Below, in pieces: positions 25,979 through 38,500 of a stretch of DNA of 64,000 nt (position 1 is its first letter; the number at the start of each line of letters is the position of its first letter). This stretch comes from Takakia lepidozioides (lineage: Eukaryota; Plantae; Bryophyta): positions 93,558,001 through 93,622,000 of the forward strand of contig CM060731.1 in NCBI GenBank assembly GCA_030704615.1. Reading direction: 5' to 3'. Under the pieces are notes generated by a model, which was not told where the DNA came from, made no database searches, and saw nothing but the letters and a program-made list of their open reading frames with translations. A program made the position numbers and the translations under genes.

Positions 25979-26757
25979 ACAAGAACCATAGACCTATTAA
26001 GTAATAGGGATAGTAAGATCAATAAAATGGTCCCAAAAAAAACCCTTCTTACCCACTGAGAGAGAAATGCAATGAAATGAAATGGTACTTTATAACATTT
26101 GCGGAAAGCTCAAAGAGCTTATAGGACAATATGGAAAAAAAAAACATGAGGAAACAAAACCAAAGCAAAAAAAAAACTACTGCTGGAGGGATGTGCAATG
26201 TTGTTTTTTGACAAGTAGCCCTACCTTTTTTGTGACACGTTATTTTTTTTTTTGACTTTTACTGTGACAGACAACTTTGAGAAAATGCATTTCATATGAC
26301 AGGTTGACATATTTTTGACCTTTCACACAATTTTGTCATATGAAATACGAAAAATGAAAAGAAGTGTGAACTTCTTACAACTACAATTACTGAAGCTCCA
26401 GCCCGTGAATACATATGGTATTGTCTTTATTATTTTCATGGGTTCCAACCCAAACATGTAGCATTTGTACCACTTATTCTCTAACTATAAGACTTTAGCA
26501 TTTTTAACCTCTTCATACCTTGCCCCAAGCCTCTCTACTTTGAGAGATATTTTCTTGGCTTATAAATGAGCTAGGAAATACACTATGCCAGTTGATTGTA
26601 AGTTTGTAAGTAAAGATTTGGAGTCATGCAGGATGGCCGTGTCGAATTAGGTGTAGTTGTTTGAACAATGACACCTCCTCCACGACAAATGCTTTTGAAA
26701 TAGGATCAGGAGAGGGACTCCAGAAGAATTTTTCTGGCACTGTTGTGGCTGTGGGTT

Positions 26758-29700
26758 ATGGCCACCAGTATACAAAGCCTCATACATCTTCTCACAGACT
26801 CCATCTCTCCGCACATTATTCTACTACAAGAAACTAAACTACACACCAACCGCCCTAACATCTCATACATAAACAAACTACTCCCGACATACTACTTCAT
26901 GTATGGCAACCCTTTGTCGGCTCCGCAATGCCTTAGGTGGCGCTCGGCCCCATATAGCCCCACCCGGGGAGGCGTGGCCATTGGCATCCTACATACCCAT
27001 CATTCTCCCAGCACCACCACCAAAGTGAACGTCCCCATCCCTCTTCGCTCCCATCTCCAAATTATCCAACTTTATATGCCTGCTCTTAACCCAATTACCA
27101 TTATTCACCTATACATGCCCTCCCACACTGATGACCTCCAACTAATCCCATATATTATGCTTGCGATCTCTAAAACGGTTACCCATCCTCATCAGCAGCA
27201 TCACCACTACATTCTAGCTAGTGACCTCAACAGAGATATTACCCTCCTTGGACACTCCTATAAAGGTTCCCACCAACCCCCATCCCCTCCCGATCACGAA
27301 TGGGCCAAGTTCATTCAACAACACCGATTTAGCTACATACCCGCTGATCACCACTACTCCAGGCAAGGTGGTCTCCACTATTCCTCCGTGAGCCTCTTTG
27401 ATGGTTTCTATCTCAAAACCAGCACTGAGATCCCATCCTATCTTTGCAGCCATATTCACATTGACAGCATTTGTAACTCCGATCATTACCCAGTATCGGT
27501 TTCTCCTCCCCCCTCCCTTATCCCTTTCCGCCCTCTTCCCTCTATCCTTATCCCTCCTCCCCAACCCAGGATTCTATCCCCACTACCTAAACATAACATC
27601 ACAGCCTTCCAAAATCACTCCCAACCTATTGTCTCTATCCTAACAAAAAAACTCTCCCATATCCTCTCAGATACGAACCTCTCACAAGATCCCGATAACA
27701 CCTGGCTCGAAGTAAAGACCACCTTCTCTTCCATCTTACTAGAAATGACCAATAGTGTTCTCGCCACATGTGCTGCTCCCCCAGACCTGCCTCAAACCAC
27801 ATGCTCTAAACAAAACGGTGGATATCTTACCCGATCACAAAAGCGGGCATGGACCTCCCACCTAAACACCTATCACACTATCCGCAAAGCTCTCACCGTT
27901 ATACCTAACTCTTCCACCCTCCCACTACACAGAGATTGGCGCTCTGATCCCCACATCTCTTGCTTAAACTCCATATCTGTCTGTAGCCATATCTTGCCCC
28001 CTCCCAACCCCCTCCGATCTTCCTAGTTGGATTGCTGCTCTCTCCAAGCTGGGGAGGGATGCAAAAAAAACCCGCCTATAACATTACTAAACAAAAAGCC
28101 ACAGCTGATCACAAAAGATTTGTCTCATCCTGCCCACCCCCAAAAGGGGGCAGTAGCCGCAAGGCGAAGTGGCTCTTAGTTACGCCGGCCTCGGCCGGTG
28201 TCACCTCTCTCTCTCTCTTTTCTCATCCTTCAGCCAATTACTAGATGACCACCCTAAAAAAGCCCATAAAGCTATTTTCAACCCTGCTCTAAACCCACCC
28301 ATTGACTGCCTCAAACACAGATCCAACCATCTACTAACCACCCCTGATGACATAAAAAATGAAATGTGGATTCAAGCCTCAGCCTCCTACACTCCCACCA
28401 CTACAAAATGTCTGCATCCTACCCTACCCACTCCCGACTGCGTGTGTAAAGTCCGCCATTATCCTTGGCACAACTTAGACGGCTTCTCACTAGAGAACCA
28501 TGGTTCTCCATCAGACCTCATCCATGACGTCTTCACTCTTGATATCTTTGAATCCTGCCTCAAAGCCCTTCCCAAAGCCAAAGCCCCCGGCCCCGATTCG
28601 ATCCCAAATGCTATACTACAAGCTCTTGACCCTGTACTCCACCTACTCCTCTGTAAATTCTTTAAACTCTGCTATCAACTCCACCGTATCCCGCACATAT
28701 GGAAGCACAGCCGCACCATTCTTCTCCTCAAGAAAGGCGACCCTACGGATCTCAGTAATTACAGACCCATTGCCCTCGCTAATACTATCTATAAACTATT
28801 TATCAGTACCCTTACCAAGATGTTGTCCAACTATGGAGAACACCACCGCATTCTTAGCGATCCGCAAGAAAGCTTCCACGCCACACGTAGCACTACCAGA
28901 CAAATACAATATGTGATATGCGCCCTAGAAGACGCCAAACTTTAAAAACAAGATATATATCTCCTATATATCGACTTCAAAAATGCTTTTGGCTCTTTAG
29001 ACCACCCGCGACTACTCGCCATTATGACAGATTTAGGCTACCCATCAGACGCTATACAACTCATTGGCAATATTTATACTAACAGCTCCACGGAATGTAC
29101 ATGCTCGTATTATGGTTCTACCCCTTCCATTCCGATCCTCCGCGGCACTATCCAAGGCGACACCCTCAGTCCTTACCTCTTTAGCATTTTCCTTGAACCC
29201 TTGCTCAGATGGATTGCTCGTGGCAAACTTGGATACCAATATAAAACCTCCTCGAATGAAAATTCTGCTGCTGCTTACGCGAACGACCTTGCTATCCTTG
29301 CACACAAAACCCCAACACCTCAACCGACAAGTTGACAAACTATCCCGCTTTAACCAATGGTCTAGTATGGAACTAAGTCTTTACAAATGTGCCGTTACCG
29401 CGGCCACCCACCATAGTAAGCTTACCAAATCTTCTATGGCATCACACTCCAAATTATACATCCAATACCAGAACAAACCATTTCCCTTCCTAGGCACTGA
29501 TGAACCCTACACATATTTAGGTATTCAACTTGTCCCCTCGCTCACATGGCACGTACAGAACAACACTACACTTGCCAAATTATCCACTAAAAGGATGGCT
29601 CTTCTCAAAGCCCCCATAGCCATCAGGCCTAAACTATCCCTCATACAATCAGTCCTAAAACCACAAGTCCAATACTCTTTCCATGCGGCTCTTTTCTCCC

Positions 29701-32080
29701 TCCCTAACATCATCCAAATTGATAGACAAATCATCCAACTCACTAAGTGCATTTGTGGTCTCCCAAATAGCACTCCCAATGCTCTCACTCAACTTCCCAT
29801 GGACAGCTATGGCATTGGTACCAGTCCCTTAATAATCCCATACTCACGCACCCTTGGCTCTCAACAACTAGAAGCCTTCAACGACCCCGGTCGTCTATGT
29901 CTCATCTACCGTGGGCTACTCAAGCACCTGGCATTCAAGTATAATGGACTCCACTCGCTACCCTTCTTACATTCACAGTCTTGTCTTCATTCTCCTACCG
30001 CCCGCTCCCTACTCATACTCCGCCAGCTGAAAACCAGTGTGCAACCGATCTCCCTGACTACCCCAAATCCATATCCCCCCTCGAATAGGCCTGACTTACT
30101 AGCCCTTTCCTCTCCCAATTCAAACGCAAATTCCCCCGCCAAAAACCACTTATCATCAAATATTTCAAAGGGCAACACATCACGACCCTCACCCGGCTCA
30201 CACCAGCCACAAACAACCGCCTCTTGAACCCTGGAGAATTCACTCTTAAACACCCCAGAGCCACTACCAGAACCTGTCGATTCCTCTGCCATCTCCGCAC
30301 CCTATTTTGCCACCCATCGGCCTCATGTACCCTTGATTGTGACCTACCCTGTCTTCTTTTCCCCCATAGTCCACAAGACCTACTACCAGCCTTTCAAGCC
30401 GCCCCCCCCCCCTCTATCCTACAAATGCTTAAATCCTCCCATACCGGTGATACTTGTACCACCGACACTCTCCATTGCGCCACAGGCCCCTACCCCCTCC
30501 CCTCCTCACCACATACCCCAACTCCTAGTCATGACCCTGCTAACCCCTCCCCCCCTCACTCACACACCCAAATCTCCCCCACCCTCTCCCCAACTTCTAA
30601 CATCACCAAGGACGACCTAATCACCCTATCTCCTCCACCTAATTCTCCCACTTCCAGTGCCACCCCTAACAACCCCACCACCTTCATCATTGAAGACATT
30701 CTCGGGGTCAGAACCCAAACATCAACTGACGAGTTTGGCGCTATATGCCTAGATACGTACTACCTCTGCAAATGGGCCGGTTATTCTTCAGAATCCAGAT
30801 GGCAACACTTGGCAAATTGAGGACGATCATTTTGGGTCACACGACGACTGTGACCCCATCCATAACCTCGCCCTCCTCACTGCGTTCCATAAGCAAACCA
30901 ACACTAACTACCTGACACATACTCACCAACAACATATCTCCCAGTCACAACTCACGGATGCCCGCCACATTCCTTACCCGCTCTCCTTACCTCATATTCA
31001 CATCAATACTACCAAATGCAACCCTAATAAAGACATTGCTCACGACTCTCCCCTAATCTATCAAGGCCCACAGAAGTCTAAAATCTATGCCCACAATGGC
31101 CGATACATTGGTCTAATCCCCAATGATAGGCTAGTGTGGCTCTGACATAGATACTTCCCTCCTAACCCACAGGCTTGTCAGTTACTGCCACCCAGGCAGG
31201 ATTTCGCTATAGAAATTTGATGGCTAGTAGACCGTTACCTCAAGGGCACACCCCCAAAAAAACCCCACGTCCAATCCAAACTAATTCAAGCATACACTCA
31301 CAGTACTATCCCCAAGGAGTTGTCTAGTCTTCTTATATCCCCTTCCAACTTACTCACTCCTACTATTCCAGCCCACTTACGTGCCCCATGAAACTTACCT
31401 CATACGCTAGCCCACACCAGAGAGACTGCATCTTTGGCGCCATTGGACTAGCTACCCAGCATAGGTGGTCTGGCCACGGCTTTGCTCATCCTCGCTGACT
31501 CCCACATTCAAGAAGCCCTCCAATGGGCTTGTACTGCTACCCACTCCTCCCCCTCTGCCTGTACTATTCTCCTACTCACACAACAAAGGCCTCCTGACAA
31601 CCCCCACCCCCTCCTACAAACTCCCTCCTGGCGTCTCCCTTCTAGCCACCTTTGAACCTAACCAGCTACTATACGCGCACAACCTCCCCTCCCCTAAATA
31701 CATTCGACGCTTAGAACCCACCATTACATCATTATTGCTTGTCCAACACATCTATCCTACCCCCCTGCCCGTTAACCTCCCCTTCACCTTACACCACTTA
31801 CTTGAACGCACATGGGGGATGAAATTTTCCATTACCCCCACCACACACCCTCAACTACATCTAGCTCCTTACCCACCCTATTTCCCAGAGTCAACCCAAG
31901 CAAGGCCTGGATAAGGGCGCTACCACGCCCTTCTCCTGCCCCCCTCTCACCCCCTACTAACCCCCCGGTTTCACATCTACATATGCCGCTCAAATTCTCT
32001 CCCTCCCACTCCCACTATACAGATGGTTCCCAATCCGGCTCTAACGCTGGCTATGGTGTTTTTCACACTGCCAATAACCG
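26758..32080 (+). mobile_element. Non-LTR retrotransposon (Dualen/RandI-like architecture): APE - RT - chromodomain - PCIF1-like segment - RNase H start; degenerate, 3' part interrupted
   Basis: APE: IILLQETK, GGVAI, LYMPS, ASDLN, SDHYPV. RT: KAPGPDSIP, KKGDPTDLSNYRPIAL, IDFKNAF, RGTIQGDTLSPYLF, AYANDL. Chromodomain 30683-30820. YYSSPLTC...DCIFGA...WSGHGFAHP at 31361-31492. RNase H HYTDGS...GYGVF at 32013-32065. Confidence 0.9.
28132..28220 (+). mobile_element. 89-bp structured retroposon with (CT)n tail inserted in the LINE
   Basis: 9-bp TSD TCTCATCCT (28123-28131 and 28221-28229); removing it restores the LINE frame KRFVSSFSQLLDDHPKKAHKAIF. Confidence 0.85.
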
Positions 32081-33350
32081 AGGAGTTGTAGATACAACTG
32101 TTTTTTGTTTCGCAAAGAGAGAGCAGACATGTATTGCCAACAATACACAGGCAAATGAAGGAGTAGACAGAAGCTGTAATTCTTGTGGGCAGCCCCAAAA
32201 AGCTTTGTTGCTTGCCAAAAGCACTGTAGTATATGACAGATTGGCAGTAAGTTGAGAAGTGGAGCTCATGCTGGTACAACTTCATCCACGACAGCACCCT
32301 CTTACATGGTGAAGCCTCTGCCTTTTCAAGCTCGCCATGGATATCGATAATCGCCATGCTTGTCACCTGCAATGCACCTGTGCTCTGGCTAATTGTTGAA
32401 CTCAATCATTTTTGTGCCCCTTAGGGGTCTATGTATTTTTGGGGAATTTGCAATTGGGGTATGGAGGTGTTGTAGCACATTACTATGGCAAAGAGCCTAT
32501 TCTTCTGCAGCAGCTGGACCAGCCTGGACAATGCGCTCGAGTCATGGCCACATATCGTCATTCCCATCCACATCTGCACGTTCGTACAATGCATTGTTGT
32601 GTAGGTGATCAATACATTTTTATGAATGTTGCCATGCATTAAGAGACTTTGTCCACTTCGCATGTACATTATACCAGAACGCCAAAATGCGAGTTTGTCC
32701 ACATCGCATACATTTCAGCTGTGGATGTTGCATGAGCGGTGAGCATGAGCATGAGCAAATATTAGCATGAGCAGAGCACATTTCAGGGAATATTCGTCGA
32801 TTTTGGGCCTTAACAAACTACAATTCGACCGCTTTTCATGTCAAAAACTGCTCGGTGCATCAACATCATGTGGCGTAAACGTTAGGTTCGGAAGCGATAA
32901 AGTAGGTTCGGCAATTACTGAACCTATATAGTCGTTGACGATTACAGCAGAACATGTTCTCTTGGACAGGTGGTCGGTGCCGATTATAGGATGCTCGAGA
33001 GATTTGACAGGAATACCACTGCGGAAAAAGGCCCACGGGAATAGGGCCGTGGGAATAGGCACTCGTAGCAATAAATAAATAAAAATTGAACAAGCAAAAT
33101 ACCCGAGAGGAAAGCGATGCCTCGGAGATTTCCTCCACGTGTGGTTTTACGAGTGGCGCCCATTACCCAGTTGGTGGTTAAGGTGAAGTCGGCAACGACT
33201 ACACCATTGCTTCGAATTGGAAACAGTGCTCACCTTCCCACTATGGACAGTGATGCAGGTGAAAGCAATGATCCCGCGCAGGAATCGGACCACGAGAGGC
33301 CTCCGTCCCCTTAGCTGCGGCGAGTTCAAAATAGTGGTGTGGCTCCAAAG

Positions 33351-33833
33351 ATGAACAATGCTGCAGGCGAAAGTAGCAGCGCACTGTTGGAATCTCACGA
33401 GGACAGGCCTCAGTCCCCTGAGGTGGTATTTTTTCCGCCTTTCACCGAAGCGTTCGGCGAGAGCCTTGCCTTTTCGGAATTTGTACTGCCTTGGTGGAGT
33501 CTTATGGATTCCGACTCGTCGGAAGACTCATCCGAGGACGAAGACCAAGGTGGAGAGTTCCCTACAAATGCCTTTGACGAATTGGACGTGGACGGAGAGG
33601 ACGACTTGCAATGGATTGTTGCTTCCATGGAGGTCTTTCAGAGAGAGGCTCCGGAGTTTGTTGTGACGGCGGAAGCACACCCATTAGACTCATGCAGTAT
33701 CTGCCTGCAGTCTGTCCAAACGGGAGAGTGTATGTGCACGGTCACAGTGTGCGCACACTCCTTCCACACTGCATGCATTGAGACTTGGGTTCAGCAGAAT
33801 GGGACATGCCCGCTTTGCCGCCGTAGGTTGTGA
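33351..33833 (+). CDS. Intronless RING-H2 (C3H2C3) protein, putative E3 ligase
   Basis: CSICLQ...CAHSFHTACIETWVQQNGTCPLCR preceded by an acidic region; ORF intact. Confidence 0.8.
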   Translation: MNNAAGESSSALLESHEDRPQSPEVVFFPPFTEAFGESLAFSEFVLPWWSLMDSDSSEDSSEDEDQGGEFPTNAFDELDVDGEDDLQWIVASMEVFQREAPEFVVTAEAHPLDSCSICLQSVQTGECMCTVTVCAHSFHTACIETWVQQNGTCPLCRRRL

Positions 33834-35505
33834 GAGATAACTTGGGCATTTTGATTTCCAACTCTGTTTTCCGCCTACCTCTTTAGGCCCTCAGTGTACT
33901 GTGAACCATTTCCATTATAAAGTTTGTTATAACTTTTTTTGTCTCGGGATCTCTTCCCTCCCTGTGAAGCACCATTTGATTTCACTTCCGCCGTTTTATC
34001 TATTTTCTTCTCTAAAGCTCTTTCAGCTTTCCATCGCGTTCTATGGTAACAAAGGATCACGACAAGTAGCGGCATTGGCAGATACTCAAATCTGTCATCT
34101 TTCACGAAGACTTCAACGAACTACCGCATATGCACAATGTAAAGGCCTAACAGTACGAAGTCCGCAGCGAATTGAGCTACTCCATTTCAAAGTATACATA
34201 TTTTTCGAGAAAATGGCCAATGCCAAGGAAGAACATAAGGAAGCGTTTGAAGTTATGATATTTGTTATACCTTGAAGTCGGTGCCGACTTGAGGTAAATT
34301 CTTGCTCATGTATACAGTATACGTCAAACAGTGCATAGTCGGCACCGACTTCAACCTTTTCAAGTGAGGTCAACTTTTGAGCATGTATACAGTATACGTC
34401 AACCACTGCATAGTCGGCACCGACTTCAACCATGGAAGAAACATGCGCAAAGAGACATATGGTCCATGTTTACCCGAAGCATACGCAAGTGTTTAAGAGA
34501 GGTAAGCTATGCTCATGCGAGCTGCAGCTGAGGCCTAAAAATAACGTCGCATAACAAAGGGAAATGGCATTACAAGCATTAAACAAAAAAACTATGGCAA
34601 CCATTTTGAGCTCATACGGGCTTTATGGTTTACTGAAGAGATGTAGTGCACAAATACAAATTATAGATTGGACCTTGTTGTAGTCGGCACCGACTTTACT
34701 CGCAGTTTGCCAAGAGGAACTATATTCCCCAAAATAGGAACAATGTCTGTTAATTAGAGGATGTGTTTCAAACATATACGGTGTGCACATGCGAGCTGCT
34801 GCTGAGCCCTAACAATATAGTGGAGGAACAAAGGGAAATCGGTTCAGATGCACCAAACAGCAATCGTAGGACACGTAGTGCACGAAGCGAATACGACATA
34901 TTGGGTGAAGTAAAGAAACGACCTCGAAATTTACAAAATGGAGGTCGGCCTGCACTGTATAGTTGACACCGACTTAAACCACCTGATGTGGACGAAAAAA
35001 CATATTTCGAGGTAATAATAAGCATGTCAATAAAAAACAAATAGTTGTTCAAATGAGAGAAACTCCGCTCATGTGAGCGGCTAGTGAGCACTTCTTTAAT
35101 GGTTAAGGGAAAGGCAAAGGGGTTATATTTACATCGTACGTGAGGTGTTCAGTTCATGCGCTACGAAGGTATTGTGCAGATTTCCAACCCATACCAAAAA
35201 CTCTGCATATTGGGGAACGACCTCAGCGGTTGCACTTATATGAACTTGTTCATAGTCGCCCAAAAAAAAGATTGTGATGACAATCATTCACGTTGTATGG
35301 CACAACCATCTGGTGTGGTCATGTGAGGTACTCATAAGCGGAACAAGTAGACTTTTGGACATGGTGATGTATTACAAAAGCAATTCAAAGACATGTACAT
35401 GGTCGCTAAATACCACCATGTTGAAGGGTCAAAACAGCTGAGGTCATGCCCAATATCCCGGAGTCCTCAAACAGTACTGATTTCCAGACTTCTTTATCAG
35501 TAAAG

Positions 35506-38500
35506 CTACTCTTCCATCGGAAGCCCGACGTCATCGGCATACTCCATAGCTATATGATCTAATACATACCCCTGGTAGAATTGTCCCCACAGATAGACCC
35601 TGGGCTTCCATAAGACGATTGTCTGGGGTTGGAGCCCTCTCCTCAGAGCTCTCCTCCTCACCACTGCCATCGGAGGATTCTTCCTCACTGGTTGGATCCT
35701 CGCTTCCAGAACCCTCCTCTGCCTCACCATCCACATAGGGCTGGACCCGAACGCGTTGCACAACGGCCCTCTTCTGCGCTGGCCATTCTGCCATTTGAGA
35801 CACTCCTGTCCATGGCTCCTCTGCCTGAGCATTTGCTACTACCGCCGCATAGGGAGGAAGAGCGTAGCTCTTTTCCGGAGTATGTATCTCCGCAAGTCGA
35901 TCCTAGAGCCTAAGGCCTTCCCCACTCCCAGTATCCGCTGAACTTCGTTGAATCCCGGTGATGCCCCCACACTGTCGCTTTGCAACATGCGTCTGCGGTT
36001 GATCGCTACAAAGAGCACAAAAAAAATTAGTTAATACTAGCCAAAATGCCCAAAACGAACAGAAGTCAGCGTACTCATGTTCACTTACACAATGCATGTA
36101 CCTGGAAATTGGGCTTACTCACTCCAAGGATTGGATCTGAATTTGCGAGCCCTCGCGGTCATCGTTCATCCAATCGTTATCGCCATGAGTGGCTGTTGCC
36201 ATTTCCACCGTTGGTGGTTCCCGCTGCAACCCACAAAGCCTCTCTCGAAGGAGCTCCTCATTCCCCTCCATCGCAAGCAAATGCCTTTCGCAAACACTAG
36301 CAGCGACCATGGATGCCCCGCATCCCGATGTCAAATCCACCACTGCTCCTCCTTCCGGTGAACACAGCTCCATGAATGTCTGCATAAATCGCGGGCTTTT
36401 CTCCCGTGCCCCCCGTAGGAAGGACCCATCCTGGCGTTTGTGCAGCATGTCCGCTCTCACCATGTTCCGAACCAGGTCTTCATTGATGACATTGTGGTCG
36501 GTATCGAGCTTTCTAGTAACTCCCGGAAGTTGAAATTGCCCTCCAAGCTTTTAAGAAGGCAGAAGGCGTAGAATATGACAGTCTGCATGATTCAATGTTA
36601 GATACAATGCCAAAATTTTGTATAGTCTTGACCTTCGCCTTTCATAGTCGGTACAGACTATGCCTCCAATCAGCAGGTAGTGCATACAAATAAAGTCGAT
36701 AAGTATCATAGTCGTTACCGACTACGATAATGCGACAAATTTAACCATGTTGTTGTACCCTAAAACCCGTGTCAGACTGCACCCACTATGCCTTTCCCGC
36801 ATCTTCCAATAAGACGGTACCGACTTTGACTCCGTACAAGAGTTCACCCTCTGACATAGTCGTGGACTGACCATCTGCCAATCTCTCCAACCCCAGTCTC
36901 ATAGTCGGCACCGACTGTGTTTCCCACCTCTGCCACCCAACAACCGAAAGGCACCGGCAACCACCCCCATCCTTGTTGGTAATAGTCGGTACCGACCATG
37001 ACTCTAGCGTCTGATACAAGGTCGTCTTGCGTCCAAGACATACCGGGGACTACCTTACACTTGGCATATTGAACCTTTCAAACATTCCAAGCACAAACTT
37101 ACTGACAAACGTTACAAATGAACAGGGTAAACCCACCTGTGGTTGGCCAGCTTCTCCAGATTGCAGGGGAATTCGATTGAGGCAAGTCCACTTTTTCTTT
37201 ATAAGTTTGAATGGCCCCACAAGGCCAACGCATCTCCGGATTGATATCTGTCTTTGCATCCCCCTTGCAAAAAATCACAAGGCGCTCTTGTTGTTCCAAC
37301 TTGCAACAACATTGTCTCGGCCAGTGCCTTTCACGACTTGCCCATCGGGGAGGTCAACCGGAACTAAGTCCACCCCTGCTTTCATTCCCCTAGGCAAATG
37401 GTGTACAGGGTCAGTGGGTACGTGCCTCTCCAAAATGCGTCAATGTCGCCCATGGGCTCCGGCCACCTTCTGGACAAGCCAACCTACGAATGACAAATTG
37501 GAACCAATCGCACTTGAGGCATGTTACCTGCAACTCCCTCTCGCAAAGCTATCGCTTCGTACAGCAGCACAGATGCAAGCTGCAACATCCTCCCCTACAT
37601 TGTCTCCTGCCCCGAATGTCAAGGTCCGAGCAGACCTGTTCCTCCGCTCCACCTGAAAATTATGCAAGGCTTGGGTAAAATTTCCGTAGGCTGTGTTGTC
37701 ATGCCTATTTGCACTTTCTATCTCATCCACACCCTCCACACCGGTGTTGCCTCCACCCCTTCTGCCTGGGGGGGTTTCTTCCACTGTGGCGGCATTTTTT
37801 TTAGGTTTCTGTTTCCTTTTCCGCTGTTTTTTCGTTGCCAGTGCAGCCTGTAGAGTAGTGTTGGCTTGTTCAATTTGGGCTGCAGCTACTTCGGCGGCCT
37901 CCTCGGCACCTTCTTCCGTCAAGGGCTCCATGTTTGTTGGTGCCTCTAGTTCGTGATTCGTGTACTTCTTGTACACTTCAGCCTCCTCGTCAGGAATAAG
38001 ATTCGGTGGCAAGTCAAGCCACCAAAAGCACGGTAGATGTGAGGCTTTCACGTATAGGCCCAACTGCCTTCCGTTGTACATTGTGCAGTCACCCCGCTGA
38101 CTAGCCCACTGTGTGACCATGGCCGGCATACACTTTATGTGCTTGTTGGCGAGCAAGTAGAAGTTGAGGTACCTACAAAATTGTACGAGACATGTGTTAA
38201 TGTAGCAAACATATGCACTCCACCATGACCTCAACTTTTGCAAAAACCAAACTTGATGGAACTGTCATGAATCTTCTAAACTGTATACAATTCAACGGGC
38301 CAGTAAAGTCCCCCCTGGTTGCTCGGTAATCTGCCAGCTACGACCAGACCCATCATTCATCTCGCTCCAGAATAATTCCCTCCAGTACTTTATCCGGAAC
38401 TCGTCCACCCACTCTGACAGAGACCGTAGGGATGGTGCCTCCTCCCGGGTTGGAACCCCTTTTGAACGAGCCACTCCAACTGTCGCTCAGCTTCCTCCTT

